A DNA stretch of 64,000 bases, from positions 1-64,000 of the forward strand of contig CAVSLV010000002.1 in NCBI GenBank assembly GCA_963728915.1. The letters are read 5' to 3'. The translations under genes and the position numbers were made by a program. Positions 51,978-60,657 of this stretch are shown piece by piece (position 1 is the first letter of the stretch; every line of letters begins with the position of its first letter). The DNA comes from an uncultured Gemmatimonadales bacterium (GTDB taxonomy: Bacteria; Gemmatimonadota; Gemmatimonadetes; Gemmatimonadales; GWC2-71-9). The notes under the pieces are model-generated. The model was not told the DNA's origin. It saw only the letters and a program-made list of their open reading frames with translations, and did not search any database.

Positions 51978-53840
51978 ATGACACCGACCGACGGGGCGGA
52001 ATTGTTCCGAGGCCAGGCAGATGGCTCCGCCCGCGTGGTCCCCGATTCTCCCCCCCTGCCCCCCGAGGAGTCGGAGAGCCTCGATGTCTGGGGTTTTCGC
52101 GGCGCCGGCTTCGAGCTGCTCCAGAACGGCAGCGTGATCCTCCGGGGCGACCGATACGCCGGAAGCGGTGTCGAGCTGCCCGACCTGCTGCCGTGGGTCA
52201 AGAGGATCCTCGGGTGCGACATCCAGCCCGGCGACATTCATCGATCGCAATACCCTCCCGAGATTCCCGAGCCGCGCCTCCCTCCCGTTCTGCTCCGGGA
52301 GATCGGTGAGATTCTTCCCGAATCCGCCATCTCGACCGATCCCGAGCAAAGGCTCCGCCGGGGTCACGGGCATACCCTGGAAGAGATGTGGGCGATCAAG
52401 TACGGGAGAATCGAGCGGGTGCCCGACGTGGTGGTGTTCCCCGAAACCGACCAGCAGGTGAGCGCGCTGGTGCAGGCGGCGCTGCGTCATGACGCGTGCC
52501 TGGTTCCCTACGGCGGCGGCACCAACGTGACCGATGCCTTGCGCTGCCCCCCGGACGAAGATCGCACCATCCTCGCGGTGGACCTGGCGCGGATGAACCG
52601 GATTCGCTGGATCGATCCGGTCAACCGCATGGCGTGCATCGAGGCCGGCGCGGTGGGCCGCCATATCCAGACCGGTTTGGCCGCGATGGGATTCACCCTC
52701 GGGCACGAGCCCGACAGCGTCGAGTTCTCGACTCTGGGCGGCTGGATCGCCACCTACGCCAGCGGGATGAAGAAGAATCGCTACGGCAACATCGAGGACC
52801 TGGTGCTCGACGTGGAGGTGGTCACCCCGCTTGGCGAGCTCCGCCACGCGCCGTTTCCCCGGGAGTCGGCCGGGCTCGACCCGCGGCGCTGGATCTTCGG
52901 CTCGGAGGGCTCGCTCGGGATCGTCACCAGCGCGGTGGTCAAGATCTTTCCCCTGCCCGAGGTGCAGCGCTACGACGCGCTGCTCTTTCCCGACTTCGAA
53001 ACCGGGGTGCGTTTTCTCTATGACCTGACCCGCGAAGCCGTCCCCCCCGCGAGCGTTCGGCTGGTCGACAACCTGCAGTTCCAGCTGAGTCAGACGCTCA
53101 AGCCCAGAGCGGAAGGTGCCGGGGCCCTGAAACGCAAGATCGAGAAATTCCTGGTGACCCGCCTCAAGGGATTCGAGCCGGAGAGCATGGTCGCGTGCAC
53201 CCTGGTGTACGAGGGAACCAGTCGCGAGGTCGCTTCGCAGGAAGGGTCGGTCGCGAGTCTGATGCGGCGTCACCGGGGCATGCGGGCCGGCGCCGAGAAC
53301 GGGCGCCGGGGCTATCAGCTCACCTTCGGCATCGCCTATCTCCGCGACTTCGTGATGCGGCACTGGGTCCTGGGCGAGTCGTTCGAGACGGCGGTCCCGT
53401 GGAGCCGGGTACTCTCACTCTGCGACAACGTGAAGCAGCGACTCCATGCCGAGTGCGCCGCGCGTGGAGTTCCTGGACGGCCATTCGTCACCGCGCGGGT
53501 GACTCAGCTCTACCAGACCGGGGTCTGTGTGTATTTCTATTTCGGGTTCTACCACAAAGGCCTGGCCGATCCGCTGGCCACCTACCTGGATCTCGAACGG
53601 GCCGGGCGCGAAGAAATTCTCTCTTCGGGAGGCTCGATCTCCCATCATCACGGCGTTGGCAAGATCCGACGGGGATTTCTGACCAGGATATTCTCGCCGG
53701 CGGTGCTCGAATGGAGCGGCGAGATCAAGCGGGCCGTCGATCCCAACAATGTGTTCGGAATCGGCAACCTCACCGGGGGTCAGGCCGGGGTCAGAGCAGG
53801 GTCAGACCCCGGCCTGACCCCGCTCCAGGTGAAGGCATGA
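51978..53840 (+). CDS. Alkyl-dihydroxyacetonephosphate synthase (AGPS-like FAD enzyme)
   Basis: PYGGGTNV, GHEPDSVEFSTLGGW, ASGMKKNRYGNIEDL, GSEGSLG, PASVRLVDNLQF, GESFETAVPW, RVTQLYQTGVCVYFYF, GGSISHHHGVGK. Confidence 0.92.
   Translation: MTPTDGAELFRGQADGSARVVPDSPPLPPEESESLDVWGFRGAGFELLQNGSVILRGDRYAGSGVELPDLLPWVKRILGCDIQPGDIHRSQYPPEIPEPRLPPVLLREIGEILPESAISTDPEQRLRRGHGHTLEEMWAIKYGRIERVPDVVVFPETDQQVSALVQAALRHDACLVPYGGGTNVTDALRCPPDEDRTILAVDLARMNRIRWIDPVNRMACIEAGAVGRHIQTGLAAMGFTLGHEPDSVEFSTLGGWIATYASGMKKNRYGNIEDLVLDVEVVTPLGELRHAPFPRESAGLDPRRWIFGSEGSLGIVTSAVVKIFPLPEVQRYDALLFPDFETGVRFLYDLTREAVPPASVRLVDNLQFQLSQTLKPRAEGAGALKRKIEKFLVTRLKGFEPESMVACTLVYEGTSREVASQEGSVASLMRRHRGMRAGAENGRRGYQLTFGIAYLRDFVMRHWVLGESFETAVPWSRVLSLCDNVKQRLHAECAARGVPGRPFVTARVTQLYQTGVCVYFYFGFYHKGLADPLATYLDLERAGREEILSSGGSISHHHGVGKIRRGFLTRIFSPAVLEWSGEIKRAVDPNNVFGIGNLTGGQAGVRAGSDPGLTPLQVKA
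53776..53821. repeat. 17-bp inverted repeat of GGGGTCAG units inside the AGPS 3' end
   Basis: GGGGTCAGGCCGGGGTC-N12-GACCCCGGCCTGACCCC. Confidence 0.8.
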
Positions 53841-56149
53841 GCGCCCCGCGCGAGTTTTTACTCACCGGGGTCACCGGATTCCTGGGCAAGGTCGTCCTGG
53901 AAGAGCTGGTGCGCCGGCGCGAAGAGCTGGGCGTCGAGCGAGTCCACGTCATCATCCGCCCTCGCAAGGGCCTGACGCCGGAAGAGCGGTTCACGCAGGA
54001 AGTCGCCGCTTCCGGGTGTTTTGCCGGGCTCCCACCCGGCTGGGCCGATGCCATCTCGATCGTCGAGGGTACCCTCGAGAAACCCTGTCTCGGCATCTCC
54101 CCGGAAGCGCGGGAGAGACTGGGCACCCGGGTAACCCACATCCTGCACGCTGCCGCCTCGGTGAGCTTCGACCTTCCCCTCAATGAAGCCGCCCGGTCCA
54201 ACGTGGATACCACCGTGCACCTGCTGGAGCTGGCCCGCGCCTGTCGCCGGCTGCAACGTCTGGTGTACGTCTCAACCGCGTACGTCACCCCGCATCCCGG
54301 CAACGGAACACCCATCCCCGAGGCACTCGCCCCGCTCCCCTGGGCGCCCGAAGAGCTGTATCGCATGATCCAGCAGGGCGACGCGGACGAGAAGGCGTTG
54401 CTCAAGGAATCGCGGCACCCCAATACCTACACTCTCACCAAGTGCCTCGCCGAGCATCTGCTGGTGGCCCGCCGTGGGGAGGTCCCTCTCTCCATCGTGC
54501 GTCCCAGCATCATCTCGGCGAGCTGGAAACATCCCTTTCCGGGGTGGATCGACAGCATGGCGGGGTTCGGCGGCTTCGTCGTGTTGATCGGGTTAGGCCA
54601 CCTGCGGGTCGTGGCCGCGAACCCGTCGGCCCGGATTGACGTGGTCCCCGTGGATATGGTGGCCAACCGGATGCTCGACGAATGTGAGCATCCCTCGACC
54701 GAACCCGCGCCGGTCATTCGTCACGCGGTGTCCGGGCTGGCCAGCACCCCGCGGGTGCTCGACTGCTGGGACCGAATCCAGGAGTTTTTCCTGGTCCATC
54801 GGGTGGACCGGCGGCCGGTGATCCGGTACGTCGGGCCTCGGGGAGTCCGGTTCGCCATCGCCGAGAGCCTGCACCATCGTTTGGCGGTCCGGCTCGCCGG
54901 GATCCGCTCGGCCGCTCTGCGTCGCTCCGGGGCCCAGTTGCTCTCCCGGCTCATCTATCTGAACCGGGCGTTCCCCTACTTCACCTCGAATTCGTTCGAC
55001 TTCCGGAGCAGCCACGCCCCGGAGCCGGGGTTCGAGCCGGGCGAATACGTCACCACCGTGTGCCGCGGCATCTACCGCCACATGCTCGACCGGGACGAGA
55101 CCGAGTGGACCCTGGCCGGACGCAAGCAGCGCGGGTTAGGCGAGAGCGACTTCCACTGGGCCTTTACCCAGCCGGCCGGGAACCTCTGGATCCGGACCGC
55201 CGCCTGGATCACCACCAAGATGCTCCGCCGCGCGGCCGAGCGGATCACCGTGGACATCCCGTCCTTCCAGGCGGCCCGCCGCGCCGCGGCTGCCGGGGAG
55301 CCCATCGCCCTGGTGCCCAACCACCGGAGCTATCTGGATTTCGTCCTCTGCTCCTATCTGTGTTTCGCCCGCCCCGATCTCGGGATCGGGATTCCCTACA
55401 TCGCGGCGGCGATCGAGTTCGGCCGGATTCCGTTCCTCGGCAGGATCCTGACCTGGCTCCATGCGTTCTATGTCCGCCGGGGAACCGGTCCTGATCCTGA
55501 CCTGACCCGCCGGGTCCATGACCTGGTGAGCCAGGGCAAGACCCTCGAGTTCTTCGTGGAGGGACAGCGGAGTCGTTCCCGCGAGTTCCTCCCGCCCAAG
55601 CGGGGCCTCCTCCGTGTGCTTCAGGCCACGGGACAGCCGTTCACTCTGCTGCCGGTGGCGTTCACCTACGACCGGGTTCCCGAAGAGCAAAGCTTCGCGA
55701 AGGAGCTGGCTGGAGCGCCCAAGCCGAAGATGCGGCTCGGTGGACTGCTTCGCTGGACATGGCGGGCCTGGCGCGGCAAGGTGCACCTGGGCCGGATCCA
55801 CATCGCGTGTGGCACGCCGGTCCGACTCCAACAGAGCAGCGACGTCCAGATGGTCGCCGACGAAGTCATTCAACGACTCGAGGAGGCGACCGTCGCGACC
55901 ACCTATCACCTGGAAGCGTTTCTGGCCCGGTATGCCCTCGACGGTCTCGACTCCCATGCCCTCAAGCGGGAGATCGAGCTGCGGGGTGGTCGGGTGCTGG
56001 AGAGTCCGCTTCGCCCCGAGACCGGCCTCGATGCCAGGATCGCGCACAGCTTCCGCTACCAGTTCCAGCACTATTTCCGCACTGGAAACGACGAAGTTCC
56101 CTTCGACCGGATTCTTTCCGACATTCGAGAGCGCGAGCCGGTCGGGTGA
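53837..56149 (+). CDS. Fatty acyl-CoA reductase fused to DHAP/glycerol-3-phosphate acyltransferase (FARAT-like)
   Basis: FAR: TGVTGFLG, HAAASVSF, VSTAY, PNTYTLTK, RPSII, PFPGWID, DVVPVD. Acyltransferase: NHRSYLD, AFYVRR, FFVEGQRSR, LPVAFTYDR. ATGA overlap with AGPS. Confidence 0.9.
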   Translation: MSAPREFLLTGVTGFLGKVVLEELVRRREELGVERVHVIIRPRKGLTPEERFTQEVAASGCFAGLPPGWADAISIVEGTLEKPCLGISPEARERLGTRVTHILHAAASVSFDLPLNEAARSNVDTTVHLLELARACRRLQRLVYVSTAYVTPHPGNGTPIPEALAPLPWAPEELYRMIQQGDADEKALLKESRHPNTYTLTKCLAEHLLVARRGEVPLSIVRPSIISASWKHPFPGWIDSMAGFGGFVVLIGLGHLRVVAANPSARIDVVPVDMVANRMLDECEHPSTEPAPVIRHAVSGLASTPRVLDCWDRIQEFFLVHRVDRRPVIRYVGPRGVRFAIAESLHHRLAVRLAGIRSAALRRSGAQLLSRLIYLNRAFPYFTSNSFDFRSSHAPEPGFEPGEYVTTVCRGIYRHMLDRDETEWTLAGRKQRGLGESDFHWAFTQPAGNLWIRTAAWITTKMLRRAAERITVDIPSFQAARRAAAAGEPIALVPNHRSYLDFVLCSYLCFARPDLGIGIPYIAAAIEFGRIPFLGRILTWLHAFYVRRGTGPDPDLTRRVHDLVSQGKTLEFFVEGQRSRSREFLPPKRGLLRVLQATGQPFTLLPVAFTYDRVPEEQSFAKELAGAPKPKMRLGGLLRWTWRAWRGKVHLGRIHIACGTPVRLQQSSDVQMVADEVIQRLEEATVATTYHLEAFLARYALDGLDSHALKREIELRGGRVLESPLRPETGLDARIAHSFRYQFQHYFRTGNDEVPFDRILSDIREREPVG

Positions 56150-57156
56150 GCACCGGGCCAGCCTGGCTGGTGACCGGGGCCACCGGCTTTCTCGGCCGCC
56201 ATGTCCTGACGCACCTCGCGGGAGAGTCCGACCCACCTCGGGTGCTCGCCCTGATCCGGGATCGCAGCGAGTGGAGCAGGCTCGCCTGGGCCCGCGATCT
56301 CGCCTTTGTGACTCCGCTCGAGGGCGACATCACCGATCCGGCGCTGATCGATCGGATCGGGCCGGATGTGACGCCGCTTGCCGGCATCCTTCACCTCGCT
56401 GCCCTGGTATGTCACCGCCCGAGCGAGGCGGACCGGGTCCTGCGTGTCAACGTGGACGGTACTGCCAACCTGGTCCGCCTCGCCGCCGCGCATCGCTGTC
56501 GCATGGTGTTTGTCTCGACCTCCGGCACCGTGGGTTGTTTCCGCGAACCGAACCGTTCGGCCGATGAGGACTCGCCGTATTGTTACGCGGAAGTACGCGG
56601 CTGGCCCTACTACCGCTCAAAAATTCTCGCCGAGGAGCGGGCCCGCGCGCTCGCGGCCGAGCTCGGTGTCGATCTGGTCATCGCGCGTCCGCCGATCCTG
56701 CTTGGCCCGGACGATCACCGGCATCGATCCACCAACCACGTGCGGCGGCTCCTCGAGGGCAAGGTGCCGGTGGTGGTCCGCGGCGGGATGCACTTCGCCG
56801 ACGTGCGCGACGTTGCGAGCGCCCTGACCCGGATCATGTCCCGGCCAACCACGCGGCCGGTGTATCATCTTCCCGGGATTCAGTGCTCGATCCAGGCCTT
56901 CTACGACGACATTGCCCGGCGTTCGGGCGCGCGTCCGCCGCGAGGCGTTGTGCCGTACCGCCTCGCGTGGACCGCCTCGAAGCTGTTCAGGATCCTGGGA
57001 CTCTCGGTCCTTCCCGAGCCGGCCCTGGTGGAGATGGCGGCGCACTACTGGGGGATTCACTCGAAATACGCCGAAGCGGACCTCGGGTACCGGACCCGTC
57101 CGGGAGAACAAACCCTGCAAGACACCATCGACTGGCTTCGCCGGGAGGCCCAATGA
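56146..57156 (+). CDS. Extended SDR NAD(P)-dependent oxidoreductase
   Basis: TGATGFLG, HLAA, NVDGT, YYRSK; GTGA overlap. Confidence 0.88.
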   Translation: MSTGPAWLVTGATGFLGRHVLTHLAGESDPPRVLALIRDRSEWSRLAWARDLAFVTPLEGDITDPALIDRIGPDVTPLAGILHLAALVCHRPSEADRVLRVNVDGTANLVRLAAAHRCRMVFVSTSGTVGCFREPNRSADEDSPYCYAEVRGWPYYRSKILAEERARALAAELGVDLVIARPPILLGPDDHRHRSTNHVRRLLEGKVPVVVRGGMHFADVRDVASALTRIMSRPTTRPVYHLPGIQCSIQAFYDDIARRSGARPPRGVVPYRLAWTASKLFRILGLSVLPEPALVEMAAHYWGIHSKYAEADLGYRTRPGEQTLQDTIDWLRREAQ

Positions 57157-58112
57157 CCGCACCACCACGCAGGATGGCGACGCTCTTGATGCTCGTCGCG
57201 GCGGTGCCCCTCGGCGCCCAGAGTCTTCCCACCTACAGCCCGCTCAATCCCATGGCCCAGATGCGATCGGGCCTGACCACCCTGCCCTGGTTCGGGGATG
57301 GCCGGACCTGGCATGCCTCCGCCACGCTCGACTACGGCAACGCGATCGAATACTCCACTGGACAGGACCTGACCTACATCCTCGATGCCGAGCTTCTCAA
57401 TGCCCGCTTCCTGGTGTCCCGCAGCATCGGGCGCCGTGGCTTCGTGCTCGGTGAGGGGAGCGTGCACGGCTCCTACGACGGCTTCCTCGACGGGTTCCTC
57501 GACTGGTATCACAATCTGACCGGACTCCACGTCGCGGCGCGGTCGCTTCGGCCCCGCAATGAATTCGATTACGAGCTGACCATCCAGGATGACGAGTTCC
57601 GATACCAGCCCACCAGCTACCTCGGGGACGTCCGGCTTGGTGGGGGGCTTCAGTTCGGGAAGGGGTGGCAGACCGGGTTATGGGTGACCTTGCCGACCAG
57701 CGGTGCCTCGAATGGGTACCGGATGGGGACCGCATCCGTGAACGGCAACCTGATGCTGCATCGGGACTTTGGGCCGACTGGACGGTTCACCTACGAAGGG
57801 AGCATCGGAGTTGGGGTGACGCCACGCCATGGCGAGCTCGAACGATGGCAGCGCACCGTCTTCTTCATGGTGACGCAGGGGGCCCGGGTCAGGGTGGCGG
57901 GGCCGTTCCACGTGTACGCCAACCTGTTCTACGATTCACCCTACTATCGAAACACCATGACCCCGGAGCTCGACCGGAAGGAGCTCACCCTCGACGCAGG
58001 GCTGCTGTTTCGGTTCCGCCACGGACCAGCGTGGCTCCTGAGCATGACCCAGGATCTCTCGCCCAGCGGCCCGGCGATCGACGTGGCGTTCAGGCTGGGG
58101 GTGTACTGGTAG
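57153..58112 (+). CDS. Exported beta-barrel protein (DUF3187-like)
   Basis: Signal peptide, GFLDGFLDWYH, alternating beta strands, C-terminal aromatic (GVYW); ATGA overlap. Confidence 0.65.
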   Translation: MTAPPRRMATLLMLVAAVPLGAQSLPTYSPLNPMAQMRSGLTTLPWFGDGRTWHASATLDYGNAIEYSTGQDLTYILDAELLNARFLVSRSIGRRGFVLGEGSVHGSYDGFLDGFLDWYHNLTGLHVAARSLRPRNEFDYELTIQDDEFRYQPTSYLGDVRLGGGLQFGKGWQTGLWVTLPTSGASNGYRMGTASVNGNLMLHRDFGPTGRFTYEGSIGVGVTPRHGELERWQRTVFFMVTQGARVRVAGPFHVYANLFYDSPYYRNTMTPELDRKELTLDAGLLFRFRHGPAWLLSMTQDLSPSGPAIDVAFRLGVYW

Positions 58113-58332
58113 CCAGAAACTGCTCCATGTGCTGAAGCAGAAAGGTCCGCGCCTCGGGTTCCCGCACGTTCAATCCATAGTGGTTGATGAGCTGTTGCTG
58201 AAACTTGAGCCACTCGGCCCAGCACACCGCGCAAATCTCCTGGAAGAGTCGCTGGCCCATCGGGGTCGGAAAGGGAGGGAAGGACTGCTGATCGCGGGTC
58301 TGACCGCAGCGCACACACGTGATGTCGGGCAT
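58090..58332 (-). CDS. yggX: Fe(II)-trafficking / oxidative damage protection protein
   Basis: PPFPTPMGQRL, CWAEWL, LINHYGLN, ARTFL. Confidence 0.85.
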   Translation of the reverse strand: MPDITCVRCGQTRDQQSFPPFPTPMGQRLFQEICAVCWAEWLKFQQQLINHYGLNVREPEARTFLLQHMEQFLATSTPPA

Positions 58333-58340
58333 GCTGAAAA

Positions 58341-58691
58341 CTACTCGGGTCCCGGCTTCTCTCCGCGATTCACCGTTTCCCGTTGCGCTTCGGCGCGCTG
58401 CGCCAGCATCCGTTCCGCAAAATCGAGTCGCTCCTGGGTCTCGATCATCTCGTGGCGGAGCTCCGCCAATTGATCTTCGACCGAGTCGAGGTGGGCCGGA
58501 AGGTCATTCGCCGCGATGGACCTCGGTCTTTCCCGGATCCGCACCGCCCACAATCCGAATCCCACCGCAAGGAGGAGGTGGACAATAGGATGGAGCCCGC
58601 CTCCCATCCTGGCATAGTAGCCCGCGGCCAGCAGGTTGAGCCCGCCAAGCACCACCGCAACTGGAAACCATCTCCGCGAAGAAAACTCCAT
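58341..58691 (-). CDS. Small membrane protein with C-terminal coiled coil
   Basis: 2 TM then ETQERLDFAERML; GGAG SD. Confidence 0.7.
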   Translation of the reverse strand: MEFSSRRWFPVAVVLGGLNLLAAGYYARMGGGLHPIVHLLLAVGFGLWAVRIRERPRSIAANDLPAHLDSVEDQLAELRHEMIETQERLDFAERMLAQRAEAQRETVNRGEKPGPE

Positions 58692-58700
58692 GCTCCAGGC

Positions 58701-58979
58701 TCAGGCCTCCCGGCGAAGCGCGGCGACTCCACTCCGCGCGCCGAGCCCGGCGCCCAGTCCAATCACCGCAACCGTGGTCCCGCTGATCAGGGGAAGCAGG
58801 GTGAAGGGAGCCGCGACCAGGAGTCCCGCGCCACCCACGATCCAGGGGACCAGGGACGACCGAGCCGAATCCACGAACCGAAGCCTGCGCCGAATGAATC
58901 CACGAGCAAAACCGAAGGCGAGAACGCCGCCAGTCGCTGCGATCGCGATGGCGATGATGCTCCACAGGGTGCTGAACAC
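58701..58979 (-). CDS. Small hypothetical membrane protein
   Basis: AGGAG SD, GTG start, 3 hydrophobic segments. Confidence 0.65.
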   Translation of the reverse strand: MFSTLWSIIAIAIAATGGVLAFGFARGFIRRRLRFVDSARSSLVPWIVGGAGLLVAAPFTLLPLISGTTVAVIGLGAGLGARSGVAALRREA

Positions 58980-59142
58980 GGTGCCGACTCCTTGGAATGA
59001 TAAGTTTCAATACGAAACGACTCGGGAGAAGTTTCGGGCCTCCGCTGCCCGGACCCCTCCCAGCCGATCCGGCTATCACCCGCCAGCCGCGACGTTCGGC
59101 TGACCGTGATCGTATTCACCGGTACAGATACCTTTGCGCCCC

Positions 59143-60657
59143 ATGAACCTCAAGCGCGTCAAACCGATCTGGGCCGTATCGGCCATGGCCGTCCTGATGG
59201 CCTGGCCTGCGATATACAACGGATTTCCGCTCTTGTATCCGGATTCCATGTCCTACCTGGAAGCGGGTCCCCTGGTGGTTCGCGGATTGTTCCACCATGT
59301 GTTTCCACTCCAGTATTCCGTCCGCGGGGTTCTCTATTGTCTGGCGATCTGGCCATTGCATTGGAACATTACAGCCTGGCCTGTGGTCGCCGCCAACGCA
59401 TGCCTGACCGCCTTGGTCCTGTGGCTGCTGGTGCGCGCCCTGGTGCCGCGGCGAAGTACCGAGGCATATCTGGCCGTGGGTATCGGGTTGTGTCTGTTCA
59501 CGGGCCTGGGCTGGTACGTCGGCTTTGTGATGCCGGACATTCTCGGCCCGGTGCTTTACATCTGTTTTTTTCTGTTGTCGTTCATGCCGCAGACCCTGTC
59601 GCGAATCGAGCGCTGGACGATCGTGCTGATCGCATGGTGGTCCATCACAGCCCACGCGTCACACCTGCTCCTGGCGGGCGGATTGTGTCTGGTGATCCCG
59701 GTACTTCTGGGACTGCAGCACCGGGGCGCGCGCCGTTCACTCGGCGCAGCGGCATTGCTCTGCACTATCACGGGGCTCGCGGCGCTGGCTCAAATGGGGA
59801 TGCACGCACGTTTGTACGGCCAGGCGTCGCTCAACGGCAAGCGACCCCCATTTCTGCTGGCGCGCGTGATCGCCGATGGCCCCGGCCGCACCTACCTCCA
59901 GCAGTATTGCCGCAAGAATCCAGCGCCGGATCTCTATATGTGCCGGTTTGTGGACAAGCTGCCCGACAATGCCGCCGACTTCCTCTGGGCGCCCGAGGGG
60001 ATCCGGTCAAGCGCCACCGCAGAGCAGCGAGACGAACTGCGAAAGGAAGAACTGCCCCTGGTGCTCGGAACGCTCAGAACCTACCCGATGGAGGAATTGC
60101 GCATCTCGGCCGGCCACTTCTGGCGACAGCTCAATGCATTTGGCCTCTTCAATTATTCGCCCAATCCGTGGATTCGGGAGATGTTCGCCACGATTATGCC
60201 CGGTGCCCGGGCAAACTATTTGAAGAGCCGCCAGGTCAGGGAGTCCCTCCACGTGGCATTCTTTACCAGGCTGCAGAAATGGACCGTGGGCATCTCGCTG
60301 GTGGTGTTGGCGATGACGCTGCTCGTGGGGCGCCGGATGTGGACCAGGGAACTGGCGGGACTTTTGGGAGTGATCACTTTTGTGATCGTGGCGAACGCCG
60401 CGGTGACGGGCATTCTGTCGAACGTCGAAGACCGGTATCAGGGGCGGGTAATCTGGATGATTCCGCTCTTGGCGGGGTTGGCGGTCGCGGCGTGGCTGAG
60501 ACGGGGGGACGGCCACCCTGTTGCTGGGAGCCCGGTCCCTCCTACCGTCCGGGAGCACCCGGGTAGCGAGACGCCCTCAGGCTACCAGCGGAGCAGGCAG
60601 CTCCCCCAGACGAACCCGGAGCCGAAGGCGGTGAACCCCACCAGGTCTCCGGGGTGA
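59143..60657 (+). CDS. Polytopic membrane protein (possible GT-C-like glycosyltransferase)
   Basis: About 10 TM segments, NGFPLLYPDSMSY first loop, MPD, DRYQGRVIW. Confidence 0.65.
   Translation: MNLKRVKPIWAVSAMAVLMAWPAIYNGFPLLYPDSMSYLEAGPLVVRGLFHHVFPLQYSVRGVLYCLAIWPLHWNITAWPVVAANACLTALVLWLLVRALVPRRSTEAYLAVGIGLCLFTGLGWYVGFVMPDILGPVLYICFFLLSFMPQTLSRIERWTIVLIAWWSITAHASHLLLAGGLCLVIPVLLGLQHRGARRSLGAAALLCTITGLAALAQMGMHARLYGQASLNGKRPPFLLARVIADGPGRTYLQQYCRKNPAPDLYMCRFVDKLPDNAADFLWAPEGIRSSATAEQRDELRKEELPLVLGTLRTYPMEELRISAGHFWRQLNAFGLFNYSPNPWIREMFATIMPGARANYLKSRQVRESLHVAFFTRLQKWTVGISLVVLAMTLLVGRRMWTRELAGLLGVITFVIVANAAVTGILSNVEDRYQGRVIWMIPLLAGLAVAAWLRRGDGHPVAGSPVPPTVREHPGSETPSGYQRSRQLPQTNPEPKAVNPTRSPG

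Noticed and set aside
53195..53836. ORF-track N-terminal extensions (also 8032, 9776, 49621, 55759, 56580)
   Set aside because: They overlap upstream genes in another frame. The true starts are at the stop/start overlaps or SD-preceded codons.
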